DNA of 53,970 nucleotides, taken from contig JAVRLB010000002.1 in NCBI GenBank assembly GCA_031961865.1, positions 1 to 53,970 on the forward strand, read 5' to 3'. This DNA is from Thermoplasmatota archaeon (GTDB taxonomy: Archaea; Thermoplasmatota; Thermoplasmata; Thermoplasmatales; ARK-15). The stretch's first letter is position 1. Each line of letters opens with the position of its first letter. Made by a program: the position numbers and the translations under genes. Positions 19,331-28,675 of this stretch are shown here, piece after piece. The notes beneath the pieces are model-generated. The model had not been told where the DNA came from. It searched no databases and saw nothing but the letters and a program-made list of their open reading frames with translations.

Positions 19331-19942
19331 TCACAGATGCAGGTACCAGATTCCTATACCGTTTAATATATACTGCATTGCAAATGCTGCAACTAAAAGC
19401 CCCATTACTCTGGTAAATGCCCTTGCACCTTTCATGCCTAGCAGATGATAAACTACTGCAGAAAACTTGAAAAACAGGTAAACTATGATAAATACCAGTA
19501 CAGTAGATAGCAATACTATCCATAAATTATAGTTTGCTACCAGTATAATCATCAGCGATATCGCTCCTGGACCTGCAAGCATAGGCGTGGCAAGTGGCAC
19601 GATTCCAATATCCCCGACTTCTTCTTCTTCCTGCCCCTTTCTTGTAGCCCTCGGCTTATCTCCTTCTCTGACCATCTCTATACCCACTATCAACATTAAC
19701 AATCCGCCTGCAATCATCAAAGCTTCAATGCTTATTCCGAAAAAATCAAGAATGTAAGACCCTATTAACGCAAACACGAGCAATATTATAAATCCCCATA
19801 ATACAGATTCATCTATGATCTTTGCAGTGGCTTGTTTGGGCAATCCTGCAGTCAGGCTGATAAATAAAGCTACGGACGCAAATGGATCCACTATTACAAA
19901 TATGGGTATGAATATGTGCAGAAATTGATCTATTGCATCCAA
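19331..19942 (-). CDS. MarC-family (UPF0056) integral membrane protein
   Basis: 203 aa, six hydrophobic segments. N-terminal IPIFVIVDPFASVALFISL is typical of MarC. There is an apparent TTG start with a GGGGA SD and no upstream in-frame ATG. Confidence 0.7.
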   Translation of the reverse strand: MDAIDQFLHIFIPIFVIVDPFASVALFISLTAGLPKQATAKIIDESVLWGFIILLVFALIGSYILDFFGISIEALMIAGGLLMLIVGIEMVREGDKPRATRKGQEEEEVGDIGIVPLATPMLAGPGAISLMIILVANYNLWIVLLSTVLVFIIVYLFFKFSAVVYHLLGMKGARAFTRVMGLLVAAFAMQYILNGIGIWYLHL

Positions 19943-20152
19943 TTTATCCCCTACAAGGATAGTTAAAAGATAGAATGATATATATTTTATCTTCTAAATT
20001 CTTTGCATGCCTAATTTTTAAAATTCATAAATCAATAAAATATGACATTTTGAAATGGGTTAAATTCGAACCTATATATATTGAGATAAAAATACTTGTG
20101 CTCAATGATCATTAAAAACTGAAAAGCTCAATGTTTCAGTTTGAAATCAGTT

Positions 20153-21286
20153 TCACATCTTAAGTATCTTTGAACTGTATCTTAAAAGGGATAGATTATG
20201 CTTTAACAACGCAAATGCAACTTTTGAAGGATAGTCTATGTCTCCATACTTTTCTATTATTTCTATATTCTCTTTCCTGCTCAAAATATTAAAGATGTCC
20301 CGAAACTCTGAATCTGAAAAAGATGAGTATGCATTATGAATTTTCAGATCAAGCTTTAACTCTCTTAAAAGCTTCGCATTGGCTTTTTCATAGCTTTTCA
20401 GATTGTAACTTTTATCGTTAAAATAATTTAATGTAGCATTTGCAGCATTGATACTGCTTTTCAATCCCATGTAAACACCTCCGCCAGATGTAGCCTTTAC
20501 AAAACCTGCTGAATCGCCAATTAAGATCATGTTTTCAAAAACCATGTTTTTTACAAGCCCTATCGGGATTGTTCCACCCTCTATTGCAAGCACCCTGGCT
20601 CTATTCAGCGTTTCGTCCTTTAATATCCTTTTCAAGTATTGTAATGCTTTCCCGCTGCTGGTAGCAAGTCCTACCTTGGCTCTATGCTCTCCCTCAGGAA
20701 CTATCCACCCAAAAAAACCGGGTGCGATCTTGGATCCTGCCAATATCTTTACATACTCTTCATCAATCTCTGCTCCAGAGACTCGCAACTGTATCGCGCT
20801 CAAGAATTTGGGAATGCTCTGTTTCATATATTTTCGGACAATGCTATTATGTCCGTCTGCGCCTACAATTATCTCGCCCTCAATCTCTTTTAAGTTTCCG
20901 CTCTCTCTGTACACCACGGTCGCTCTATTATTTTTTCTTATTATTTCCCTGACTCTAGCTCCAAGCTGTAGTTTTGCATTGCTATCAATTGCAGCGTATG
21001 CAAGCAATTTGTCAAAATCGCTTCTTTCTGCCACAAACGCCACATTCTCTTTTTTTGATATTGAAAATTCTATGTTTTCAAACTTTATAATGGCGCCTCT
21101 GATCCTGTTAGTCACTGATTTTGAAGAGGCCATTTCGAATACATGCTTTGAAAACAGACCTGTACAATGACTGGGCTTGCCTATTTCATAGTGCTCTTCC
21201 AAAACTGTAGCATTTATTTTCTTGCCCACTAAAGATGCAAGTTTCAGACCCGCAGGACCGCCGCCAATTATTATCAGATCTTCCAT
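20153..21286 (-). CDS. FAD-dependent oxidoreductase of the geranylgeranyl reductase family
   Basis: 377 aa. N-terminal IIIGGGPAGL dinucleotide fold, HCTGL (Cys motif position of GGRs) and LIGDSAGFVKATSGGGV. The start lies 1 nt after the iorB stop. Confidence 0.65.
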   Translation of the reverse strand: MEDLIIIGGGPAGLKLASLVGKKINATVLEEHYEIGKPSHCTGLFSKHVFEMASSKSVTNRIRGAIIKFENIEFSISKKENVAFVAERSDFDKLLAYAAIDSNAKLQLGARVREIIRKNNRATVVYRESGNLKEIEGEIIVGADGHNSIVRKYMKQSIPKFLSAIQLRVSGAEIDEEYVKILAGSKIAPGFFGWIVPEGEHRAKVGLATSSGKALQYLKRILKDETLNRARVLAIEGGTIPIGLVKNMVFENMILIGDSAGFVKATSGGGVYMGLKSSINAANATLNYFNDKSYNLKSYEKANAKLLRELKLDLKIHNAYSSFSDSEFRDIFNILSRKENIEIIEKYGDIDYPSKVAFALLKHNLSLLRYSSKILKM

Positions 21287-21287
21287 T

Positions 21288-21884
21288 TTAATGGTTAATT
21301 ATCGCATCAAACCCTAACTCAAACGCTGCAATGTTCATAGCCTCATAACGCTTGTTTGAAAGCGTGTTTTTTATGCTCTCTATAATATCTTCTTTGCTCA
21401 CCGGCAAAATATTCAGTGCAGTAAGTGCACCTAACAATACTATGTTTTCTACTATTGAATTGCCTGCCTTTGCTGCTAAATTTCCAGCATCTACAATGTA
21501 CAGGTACTTAAACCGCTTTTTTATGCTTTCTACAATTCTGTCAAAATCCGGATACACAGATTCTCCAACAGATACTGTGAAGGGAACGATCTCACTGCTG
21601 TTCATTATTATCTTTGTGTCTCTGTTTCCCCTATCTAACACTCTGTACGTTTCTATCGGCTCAAAGCCTACAATTACATCTGCCGCACTTTTGCCGATGA
21701 TGGGACTGTTTCCAGTTCCCACTTTCATCTCTACGGTCACTATACCGCCACGCTGTGCCATTCCATGAACCTCAGACATCACCACTTTTATTCCTCTCTT
21801 AGTCAATGCATCGCCGAGCACTGCACCTGTGGTAACTACTCCTTCCCCGCCAACGCCTGCAAAAAGTATGTTAATATTATTCAT
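21288..21884 (-). CDS. iorB: Indolepyruvate:ferredoxin oxidoreductase beta subunit
   Basis: 198 aa. AGVGGEGVVT motif. Overlaps the iorA 3' end by 8 nt. Confidence 0.8.
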   Translation of the reverse strand: MNNINILFAGVGGEGVVTTGAVLGDALTKRGIKVVMSEVHGMAQRGGIVTVEMKVGTGNSPIIGKSAADVIVGFEPIETYRVLDRGNRDTKIIMNSSEIVPFTVSVGESVYPDFDRIVESIKKRFKYLYIVDAGNLAAKAGNSIVENIVLLGALTALNILPVSKEDIIESIKNTLSNKRYEAMNIAAFELGFDAIINH

Positions 21885-23748
21885 TCTTGCTCACCTCTAT
21901 CGCCTTAAACCCGCACACCTGCGGCTCGGCACAGACGCCACACCCATCGCATAACGTTGCATTTATGTAAACTTTGCCGTTCTCTGTAAATATAGCCGGA
22001 CATGAAAAATGAGATACACAGTTCATGCACTGTGTACATTTGTCCTGGTTTATGTGATATGTAACCCATGTTGCATTTTTTCTGTTTCTGGCATCCATAA
22101 GCAATGCACATTCTCTTTTGGCAATAATCACAGATGTCTTCGGAAACTCCAATCCTTCTCTTATCGCTTTCGTTATTGTCTTGAGATCATATGGATCTAC
22201 AACTTTTACAAACTCTACGCCTATAGCCTTCACAATGTTCTCTATTGATAGCTCTGGCGCCTCTTGGTTCATGCCGTCTATGGGCATTCCAGGATTAGCC
22301 TGATGCCCGGTCATTGCTGTGGTTCTATTATCCAGTATTATCAATAACAGCTTGGATTTATTGTGCACAGCATTGATCAAACCAGGTATGCCATTATGGA
22401 AAAATGTAGAGTCACCGATAAACGATATTACTTGCTGATCTGTAGCTTTGGCAAATCCCGTGGCAGCACTGATCGAAGAACCCATAGCGAGCAAAAAATC
22501 GGCAAGCTCGTAAGGTTTCTGTATCCCTAAGGTATAACAGCCTATGTCAGAGGATACAATAGCATTGTTGATTCTCAGCTGTTTCAATGCTGTCTTGGTT
22601 GCATAATAGGTAGCTCTATGCGGACATCCTGGACAAAGTACCGGAGGCCTTGACGGTATAGCAACATCAGCTTCAAATTCTGGTGCTTCTTCTATTTTTA
22701 TGCCCAGAATTCTTGCCAGTGCTGCAGATACTACATCCGAATTGTATTCGTACATTGCTGGAAAGTAACCGTTCAATTTACCAAATATCTCGATATCTAT
22801 CCCGTTTAACTGCGCTAGTGTTCTAACTTCCTTCTCTAAGTAAGGATCCAGCTCTTCTACAATGATCAGCTTTTTTACAGATTTTATAAATTTTAATATT
22901 AAAGCGTCAGGAACAGGTCTCGTAACCCCCAATTTTAACAATTTGATATTTATGCGCATATCATTTATTACATCTTTCAAAACATTATATCCTGCCCCAC
23001 TTGCTATTGCACCCACATCAGCCTGTGCGTCTTCAATAATGTTCATAGTTGAATTATTTGAGTATTTTAGCGCTTCTCTGTTTTTATCTTCCAGAACTTT
23101 TCGCATTTTGTAAGCATTTGCAGGCAATGGCACCAGCGTTTCCGGATCTTTTATAAATTCTGATTTTTTCTTGTTTTTTCTTAGCTGTCCAAAGGTTACC
23201 TGCCCTCGCAAATGATTAACTCGCGTAGTGGTCCTGAATAACACAGGTAGCTTCAATAGCTCTGATAGCTCAAACGCCTGCACTAAAAAGTCTTTTGCCT
23301 CTTGCGGTGATGAAGGCTCTATCATTGGCAGATGTGCAAGCTCGGCATAGTGCCTGTTATCCTGCTCGTTCTGTGAAGAATGCATTGACGGATCATCGCC
23401 CGTAATGATCACAAAGCCACCTCTGGCACCTATGTACGCTGTGCTCATCAAAAAATCAGAAGCTACATTCAAGCCTACATGCTTCATAAACACCAATGCT
23501 CTGAGTCCAGAGCTGCTCGCTGCTGCAGCTACACCAAGAGCAACACTTTCATTTGTAGAATATTCAAAATATACACCTGCAGCCTTTGCAATCTTTGAAA
23601 ATATGTCTCCGATCTCAGAGGTGGGCGTGCCCGGATAGGTAGCCACAATGTCTACTCCGCTTTCTAGAGCTCCGCGCACTATAGCCTCATTCGAAAGTAT
23701 GAAATATGTTTTATTTTTATTATCTTCATACAGATAATTATAGCTCAT
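21877..23748 (-). CDS. iorA: Indolepyruvate:ferredoxin oxidoreductase alpha subunit
   Basis: 623 aa. TPP motif GDSTFFHNG. C-terminal ferredoxin-like cysteines CTQCMNCVSHFSCP and CDGCGVCAEPQVC. Confidence 0.85.
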   Translation of the reverse strand: MSYNYLYEDNKNKTYFILSNEAIVRGALESGVDIVATYPGTPTSEIGDIFSKIAKAAGVYFEYSTNESVALGVAAAASSSGLRALVFMKHVGLNVASDFLMSTAYIGARGGFVIITGDDPSMHSSQNEQDNRHYAELAHLPMIEPSSPQEAKDFLVQAFELSELLKLPVLFRTTTRVNHLRGQVTFGQLRKNKKKSEFIKDPETLVPLPANAYKMRKVLEDKNREALKYSNNSTMNIIEDAQADVGAIASGAGYNVLKDVINDMRINIKLLKLGVTRPVPDALILKFIKSVKKLIIVEELDPYLEKEVRTLAQLNGIDIEIFGKLNGYFPAMYEYNSDVVSAALARILGIKIEEAPEFEADVAIPSRPPVLCPGCPHRATYYATKTALKQLRINNAIVSSDIGCYTLGIQKPYELADFLLAMGSSISAATGFAKATDQQVISFIGDSTFFHNGIPGLINAVHNKSKLLLIILDNRTTAMTGHQANPGMPIDGMNQEAPELSIENIVKAIGVEFVKVVDPYDLKTITKAIREGLEFPKTSVIIAKRECALLMDARNRKNATWVTYHINQDKCTQCMNCVSHFSCPAIFTENGKVYINATLCDGCGVCAEPQVCGFKAIEVSKNE

Positions 23749-23754
23749 CGCAGT

Positions 23755-24657
23755 TCACAACTTGGTTTGTGTCCATTTTTCTTTTTCCAGTAGCTCTTCA
23801 TAATTTTTTTCAGCAATGTTCTCGATCTCATTAATATCGTCATCAGTCAAGTGTCTAAACCTACCCTGCAGCTCCAGATACTTTTTAATATCCACTTTCT
23901 TCTGTGGTTTGTATGTAATATTATAAACACCGTTCACTACTTCATAAAGAGGAAATATCTTTGTTTCTACTGCCAATTTTGCAATCTCTACACTTTTGGC
24001 AGGTGGCGATTTCCAGCCTGTTGGACATGTGGAAAATATATGAAAGAATTTAGGACCTTCAATCTCTTTCGCCTTCTGCAGCTTTTTAATCATGTCTTCT
24101 GGATAGCCAATACTGGCTGTTGCAGCGTAAGGAATATGATGAGCCACCATTATTTCAACCATATTTTTCTTCTGCTCTTTTTTCCAGTCTCTCAGCTTTC
24201 CAATCTGTGTGGTAGTGGTCCATGCTCCATACGGCGTCTCAGAAGATCTCTGAATACCCGTGTTCATATACGCTTCATTATCATACATAATATAAAATAC
24301 ATTATGCCCTCGTTCAACAGCACCACTTAGCGATTGTATTCCGATATCTGCAGTACCACCATCACCGGCAAATCCTACAACATTGATGTTTTCTTTTCCT
24401 TGAACGTTCAATGCCTCTCTTATGCCGGATATAGACGCACCAGTAACCTCAAATGCCGTATATAGCAACGGAACTTCAAGAGCCCGTGCAGGATATACAC
24501 CCGGAATAACAGCCCAGCAGCATGCAGGTATGGACAATATAGTATCTTTTCCAAGCGCTTTTAGAACATAGCGCATAGCAATTGTTGCCCCGCAGCCCAT
24601 ACATGCAGTGTGCCCTGGCAACATCAATTCCTGCTCTGGTATAGTCAGATTTTTCAT
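23755..24657 (-). CDS. porB: 2-oxoacid:ferredoxin oxidoreductase beta (TPP) subunit, PFOR/VOR type
   Basis: 300 aa. CMGCG near the N-terminus and GDGGTADIG TPP-binding motif. Substrate not determinable from sequence. Confidence 0.85.
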   Translation of the reverse strand: MKNLTIPEQELMLPGHTACMGCGATIAMRYVLKALGKDTILSIPACCWAVIPGVYPARALEVPLLYTAFEVTGASISGIREALNVQGKENINVVGFAGDGGTADIGIQSLSGAVERGHNVFYIMYDNEAYMNTGIQRSSETPYGAWTTTTQIGKLRDWKKEQKKNMVEIMVAHHIPYAATASIGYPEDMIKKLQKAKEIEGPKFFHIFSTCPTGWKSPPAKSVEIAKLAVETKIFPLYEVVNGVYNITYKPQKKVDIKKYLELQGRFRHLTDDDINEIENIAEKNYEELLEKEKWTQTKL

Positions 24658-25841
24658 AAACTCGCCTCCAAATTAGTATTTAAATTTACCCACTCGATCT
24701 CCCTGTCAAGCCCGCTCTTTCCTATCTGTATCATGTTTTCAAACATCTGTTCGATCAGCTCTGGCGTGATATCTCTGCCACCCAGGCCAGTAATGTAATT
24801 TTTCACTACAGCACTATTATGATTGTACAGTGATGATGTAATCTCATTGAACAGTGCACCGCCATGCCCGTATGTATAGCTTTTGTCCATCACGCCAAGC
24901 ACCTTCACATTTTTGGCAGTATTACGGATCTCTTCTGCCGGAAACGGTCTGAACGACCGGATCTTTAACAACCCTACTTTCTTGCCTTCACTCCGCATTT
25001 TGTTTACTACATATTTTGCAGTAGAGGCAGTGCTGCCTAACATTGTAATAATATACTCTGCATCATCAGTCATATAGTTTTCAACAAGGCCTCCATATGA
25101 CCTGCCAAACTGCTCTTTAAATTCTATATCTACCTTTTTTATAATCTCTTTTGCCTTTTCTAGTGCAACCTCGCTTTTATGCCTGAACTCCATAAAAGGA
25201 CCGTCTGGCATGACTAAGGATCCAAATCCTGCTGGCTTTGAAACATCTAATTTGAATTCTGGATTGTAGTCAGGCAAAAACTTGAGCACGTCTTTTTTCA
25301 ATGGCAGATCGATAGATTCTGTAGTATGAGAAAGTATGAATGCATCTTCGATCACCATCATTGGCAATAATACCTCTGGATTCTCGGCAATTTTATAAGC
25401 CATCAATATAGAATCAAGCACTTCCTGATTGTTCTCAGCGTAAATTTGCATCCAGCCAGTATCACGCTGTGCAATAGTGTCTTGCTGGTCAGACCATATT
25501 GACCATGGTGGTCCCATAGCTCTGTTTACCACGCTCATCACAATCGGCAGCCTTGCTCCTGCAGCCCACATTAACATTTCGTGCATTAAAGCCAGCCCAT
25601 GAGAGGATGTGGCTGTAAAAGTTCTGACTCCTGTATTTTCGGCAGCTATGCAAGTTGCCATTGCAGAATGCTCGCTTTCTACGCGTATATATTTTGCATC
25701 GATTTCCCCGTTAGCTTCAAACTCTGCTATTTTTTCAACAATTGTGGTTTGTGGTGTGATAGGATAGGCGGATATGATCTTCACGTTAGCCAACCTGGCT
25801 CCGTGTGCCGCAGCTTCATTGCCTGTAAGCATAGTTCTCAT
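24654..25841 (-). CDS. porA: 2-oxoacid:ferredoxin oxidoreductase alpha subunit
   Basis: 395 aa. Typical N-terminus MLTGNEAAAHGARLANVKIISAYPITPQT. 4-nt overlaps with neighbouring genes. Confidence 0.87.
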   Translation of the reverse strand: MRTMLTGNEAAAHGARLANVKIISAYPITPQTTIVEKIAEFEANGEIDAKYIRVESEHSAMATCIAAENTGVRTFTATSSHGLALMHEMLMWAAGARLPIVMSVVNRAMGPPWSIWSDQQDTIAQRDTGWMQIYAENNQEVLDSILMAYKIAENPEVLLPMMVIEDAFILSHTTESIDLPLKKDVLKFLPDYNPEFKLDVSKPAGFGSLVMPDGPFMEFRHKSEVALEKAKEIIKKVDIEFKEQFGRSYGGLVENYMTDDAEYIITMLGSTASTAKYVVNKMRSEGKKVGLLKIRSFRPFPAEEIRNTAKNVKVLGVMDKSYTYGHGGALFNEITSSLYNHNSAVVKNYITGLGGRDITPELIEQMFENMIQIGKSGLDREIEWVNLNTNLEASL

Positions 25842-26152
25842 ATGGAACCCCCCTCTTCATGCTCTTCCAGTACCATGTTTATACATTTTACCGGACATTC
25901 GTTAGCGCAGATCCCGCATCCTTTACAGTAATCATAGGCAATCTCTGGGGCGTCAAGTTTGGATATTGCAGGATTCGGAGATCCGTATTTGTCATTTGGT
26001 ACTATTATTATTGATGGCTCAGGGCAGAATTTCCAGCATATCATGCACCTGATGCATTTTTTGTAATCAATTACCGGCTTGTATGTTCTCCAAGTACCAG
26101 TTTTATAGCTAGTACTTGGTACTGTTGCTATAGGAGTTGGAAAACCTGGCAT
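25838..26152 (-). CDS. porD: 2-oxoacid:ferredoxin oxidoreductase delta subunit (2 x [4Fe-4S])
   Basis: 104 aa. CIRCMICWKFCP and CKGCGICANECP motifs. Confidence 0.87.
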   Translation of the reverse strand: MPGFPTPIATVPSTSYKTGTWRTYKPVIDYKKCIRCMICWKFCPEPSIIIVPNDKYGSPNPAISKLDAPEIAYDYCKGCGICANECPVKCINMVLEEHEEGGSI

Positions 26153-26155
26153 ATT

Positions 26156-26713
26156 TTATTTCACCTCTTTTTTCAATTTTGTATTTTCAAAGGCTTCAAT
26201 TGCAGCCTTCACGTTCTCTTCCGGAGATATGTTTATCTTGTCTCTGATTGCTTTGCAAACAGAATCTATAGATACTGTACTGGTAGCTTTTGCAAATGAG
26301 CCTACTATTGCAGTATTTACAATCGGTGCAGATGAAGATCCTAGATTATGAGCTAATGCAATTTCTGTAGCATTGACTGTAGCTACTGCAGAATCGTACT
26401 TAAAAAAGTCAGGATCTTTGTTTGAATTTATCAAAATTGCGCCTCCTTTTTTAAGCCCTGCTGTAACATTAACTTGATCTATTAGCGCCTGATCTAATAC
26501 TACTACAAAATCTGGTGCGTATATTTGAGACTTGACCAGCACCGGCTGATCATCAACTCTAGTAAATGCAGTTACTGGCGCACCTCTTCTTTCTACACCA
26601 AAATATGGGAATGAAGATACATATTTATTCTCATAAAAAAATGCTGTCGCTAATATCTCTGATGCTATAACAGCACCTTGTCCACCTCTGCCATGAAATC
26701 TTATCTCATACAT
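26156..26713 (-). CDS. porG: 2-oxoacid:ferredoxin oxidoreductase gamma subunit
   Basis: 185 aa. [11 protein letters not shown] motif. First gene of the G-D-A-B order. Confidence 0.87.
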   Translation of the reverse strand: MYEIRFHGRGGQGAVIASEILATAFFYENKYVSSFPYFGVERRGAPVTAFTRVDDQPVLVKSQIYAPDFVVVLDQALIDQVNVTAGLKKGGAILINSNKDPDFFKYDSAVATVNATEIALAHNLGSSSAPIVNTAIVGSFAKATSTVSIDSVCKAIRDKINISPEENVKAAIEAFENTKLKKEVK

Positions 26714-26821
26714 ATAGTTTACACCACTCCTATAATTCTTTATCGTATAAAATATTTTGTTATATCTTACATATAATATAAATAGAAACCATTAATAGTT
26801 GCTGCCAATTTAAGGTAACTT

Positions 26822-27829
26822 ATGAATATAAATAGCCTTGAAGCATATGATTTTTATCTACCAAAAACATTGATCGCGCAAGATCCGATAGAACCAAGAG
26901 ATCATTCAAAGTTGATGGTGCTCAATCAAGACCAAATAATTCATGACTATTTTTATAACATAATCAATTATCTTGAAAAAGACGACTTGATAATATTCAA
27001 TGACACAAAGGTTCTGAAAGCAAGAATGATCGGAAAAAAATTAACTGGTGGAAAAGTTGAGGCTCTGATCACTTCTAAAAAGGATAATGTATGCACTGCT
27101 ATTATAGGCGGTAAAAATGTTAGAATTGGAACAGTCTTAGATTTCAATGGCTTGAAAGGTAAGGTCATAGAGAAAAATGAGGGGTTTGGAACTATTGAAT
27201 TTGAACATGAGCCGGATCTCGAAAATGTCGCTACTGTTAAACTACCACCATACATAAAAAAAGAGATAAAAGACACAAGTAGGTATCAGACCATTTTTGC
27301 CAAGAATGATGGTTCTCTTGCTGCTCCTACTGCCGGACTTCATTTTACGCCACAGGTATTAAAAAACCTTGTAGATAAAGGCGTAAAGATTGGATATATT
27401 ACGTTGCATATTGGATTCAGCACTTTTGCGCCGGTCAGAGAACAAGACATAACTACCCATAAAATGTACTATGAGTATTACAGTATCTCAAAAGATACTG
27501 CAAACCTGATCAACAATAGAAGCGGCAGATTAATAGCCGTTGGAACTACAGTTATGAGATCACTTGAAAGCTCTGCTAAAGACGGAAAGGTCATGAGCAA
27601 TGCTACTAAAACAGATCTGTTCATCTATCCCGGCTACAAATTTAAAAGCGGTATAGATGTATTGCTTACCAACTTTCACATTCCAAAATCTTCTCTCCTC
27701 ATGTTAGTTTCAGCATTTGCAGGCTATGAAAATACAATGCGGGCGTATAGAATTGCTGTTGAAAACAAGTACCGGTTTTTCAGTTTTGGCGATGCCATGC
27801 TGGTATTTCCACAATCTAAGATCCAATAA
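26822..27829 (+). CDS. queA: S-adenosylmethionine:tRNA ribosyltransferase-isomerase (QueA), bacterial-type queuosine enzyme
   Basis: 335 aa, colinear with E. coli QueA as I recall it. Shared blocks: YDFYLPKTLIAQDPIEPRD, AAPTAGLHFT, VGTTVMRSLES, LTNFHIPKSSLLMLVSAFAG, YRFFSFGDAML. Confidence 0.88.
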   Translation: MNINSLEAYDFYLPKTLIAQDPIEPRDHSKLMVLNQDQIIHDYFYNIINYLEKDDLIIFNDTKVLKARMIGKKLTGGKVEALITSKKDNVCTAIIGGKNVRIGTVLDFNGLKGKVIEKNEGFGTIEFEHEPDLENVATVKLPPYIKKEIKDTSRYQTIFAKNDGSLAAPTAGLHFTPQVLKNLVDKGVKIGYITLHIGFSTFAPVREQDITTHKMYYEYYSISKDTANLINNRSGRLIAVGTTVMRSLESSAKDGKVMSNATKTDLFIYPGYKFKSGIDVLLTNFHIPKSSLLMLVSAFAGYENTMRAYRIAVENKYRFFSFGDAMLVFPQSKIQ

Positions 27830-27833
27830 CTAA

Positions 27834-27839
27834 TTTTTT
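27834..27839 (+). terminator. Oligo-T tract just after the queA stop
   Basis: A T6 run begins 5 nt after the TAA. Archaeal RNAP terminates at oligo-T tracts. Not verified. Confidence 0.3.
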
Positions 27840-28084
27840 ATTAAACGTGTTTCTCTTTATAAATAAAAGTATAGCTTTGGCGAAAATTAGCGGTTGGCTA
27901 GTTTTTTTATTCTGAGCTATCACAGTGCATATTTTTTAATCGCTTTTTGTATAATATAGATACCTGATACAACATATACGCTCCAGAAATACGTATTATA
28001 AATAAAAAAGATTATTTATTCATTCTTATATTGTCACTATATAATATAACAAAAACTTAATATCTAAAAGTTTTTTATATACTT

Positions 28085-28675
28085 ATGAAGCTAGATGATC
28101 TCGATCTAAAAATTCTGTCTTTGCTCATCGATGATTCCAGAATATCGCACAGGAAAATAGCAAGAAAGATTAATATTAGCACTCCGACCGTAAGTTCAAA
28201 AATTAAAGTTCTTGAACAGTTAAGATTGATCAAGAAATATACTGCTGAATTAGATTTTATCAAACTTGGGAACTACAAAGATCTTTTCATAATAGAATGT
28301 GATCCCAAAAAATTAAAGAGTTTGCAAGATAAACTTTCAGATCTTTCAAATGTACGGAGGATTCTCAATGCAGAATCAAATGTAATTATAGTTACATATG
28401 TTTACAAAAATATAGAAACTTTACATGAGTTTTTAGAGCTACTTTCTGGAGAGATGGTAACCTATAAACGGTATTCAATACTTTCTGAAAATAAATCAGA
28501 AAACGAGACTATGCTTGAAAAAGATACAACATTAAACATCAAATGTTATTATTGCAAAGGGGATATTAAGGGAGAGCCTGTAATTGCAAAAGTAGGTGGA
28601 GAAAACAAATATTTCTGTTGCAATGTTTGCAAATCAGAATACTTGAAAAAAATAGAGAGATTAACTGCTCTCTGA
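28085..28675 (+). CDS. Lrp/AsnC-type HTH regulator fused to a C-terminal TRASH metal-binding domain
   Basis: N-terminal LDLKILSLLIDDSRISHRKIARKINISTPTVSSKIKVLE. C-terminal CYYC-x20-CCNVC fits the TRASH pattern C-x2-C-x19-22-C-x3-C. Confidence 0.8.
   Translation: MKLDDLDLKILSLLIDDSRISHRKIARKINISTPTVSSKIKVLEQLRLIKKYTAELDFIKLGNYKDLFIIECDPKKLKSLQDKLSDLSNVRRILNAESNVIIVTYVYKNIETLHEFLELLSGEMVTYKRYSILSENKSENETMLEKDTTLNIKCYYCKGDIKGEPVIAKVGGENKYFCCNVCKSEYLKKIERLTAL

Noticed and set aside
19314-19523. 69-aa ORF overlapping the MarC-family gene in another frame. The same applies to 13283-13468 inside rpl2 and 53528-53875 inside the permease.
   Set aside because: These are same-strand, out-of-frame ORFs nested in well-supported genes, with no independent signal.
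20529-21170. 213-aa antisense ORF. The same applies to many similar track ORFs, for example 235-483, 2254-2571, 5696-6142, 7450-7851, 10156-10500, 21352-21768, 23851-24330, 30215-30694, 31232-31615, 38948-39454 and 40424-40819.
   Set aside because: All lie antisense to, or out of frame within, strongly supported conserved genes. Their products are low-complexity Ser/Phe/Leu/Ile-rich strings typical of shadow ORFs in AT-rich DNA, and none has an SD plus ATG context.
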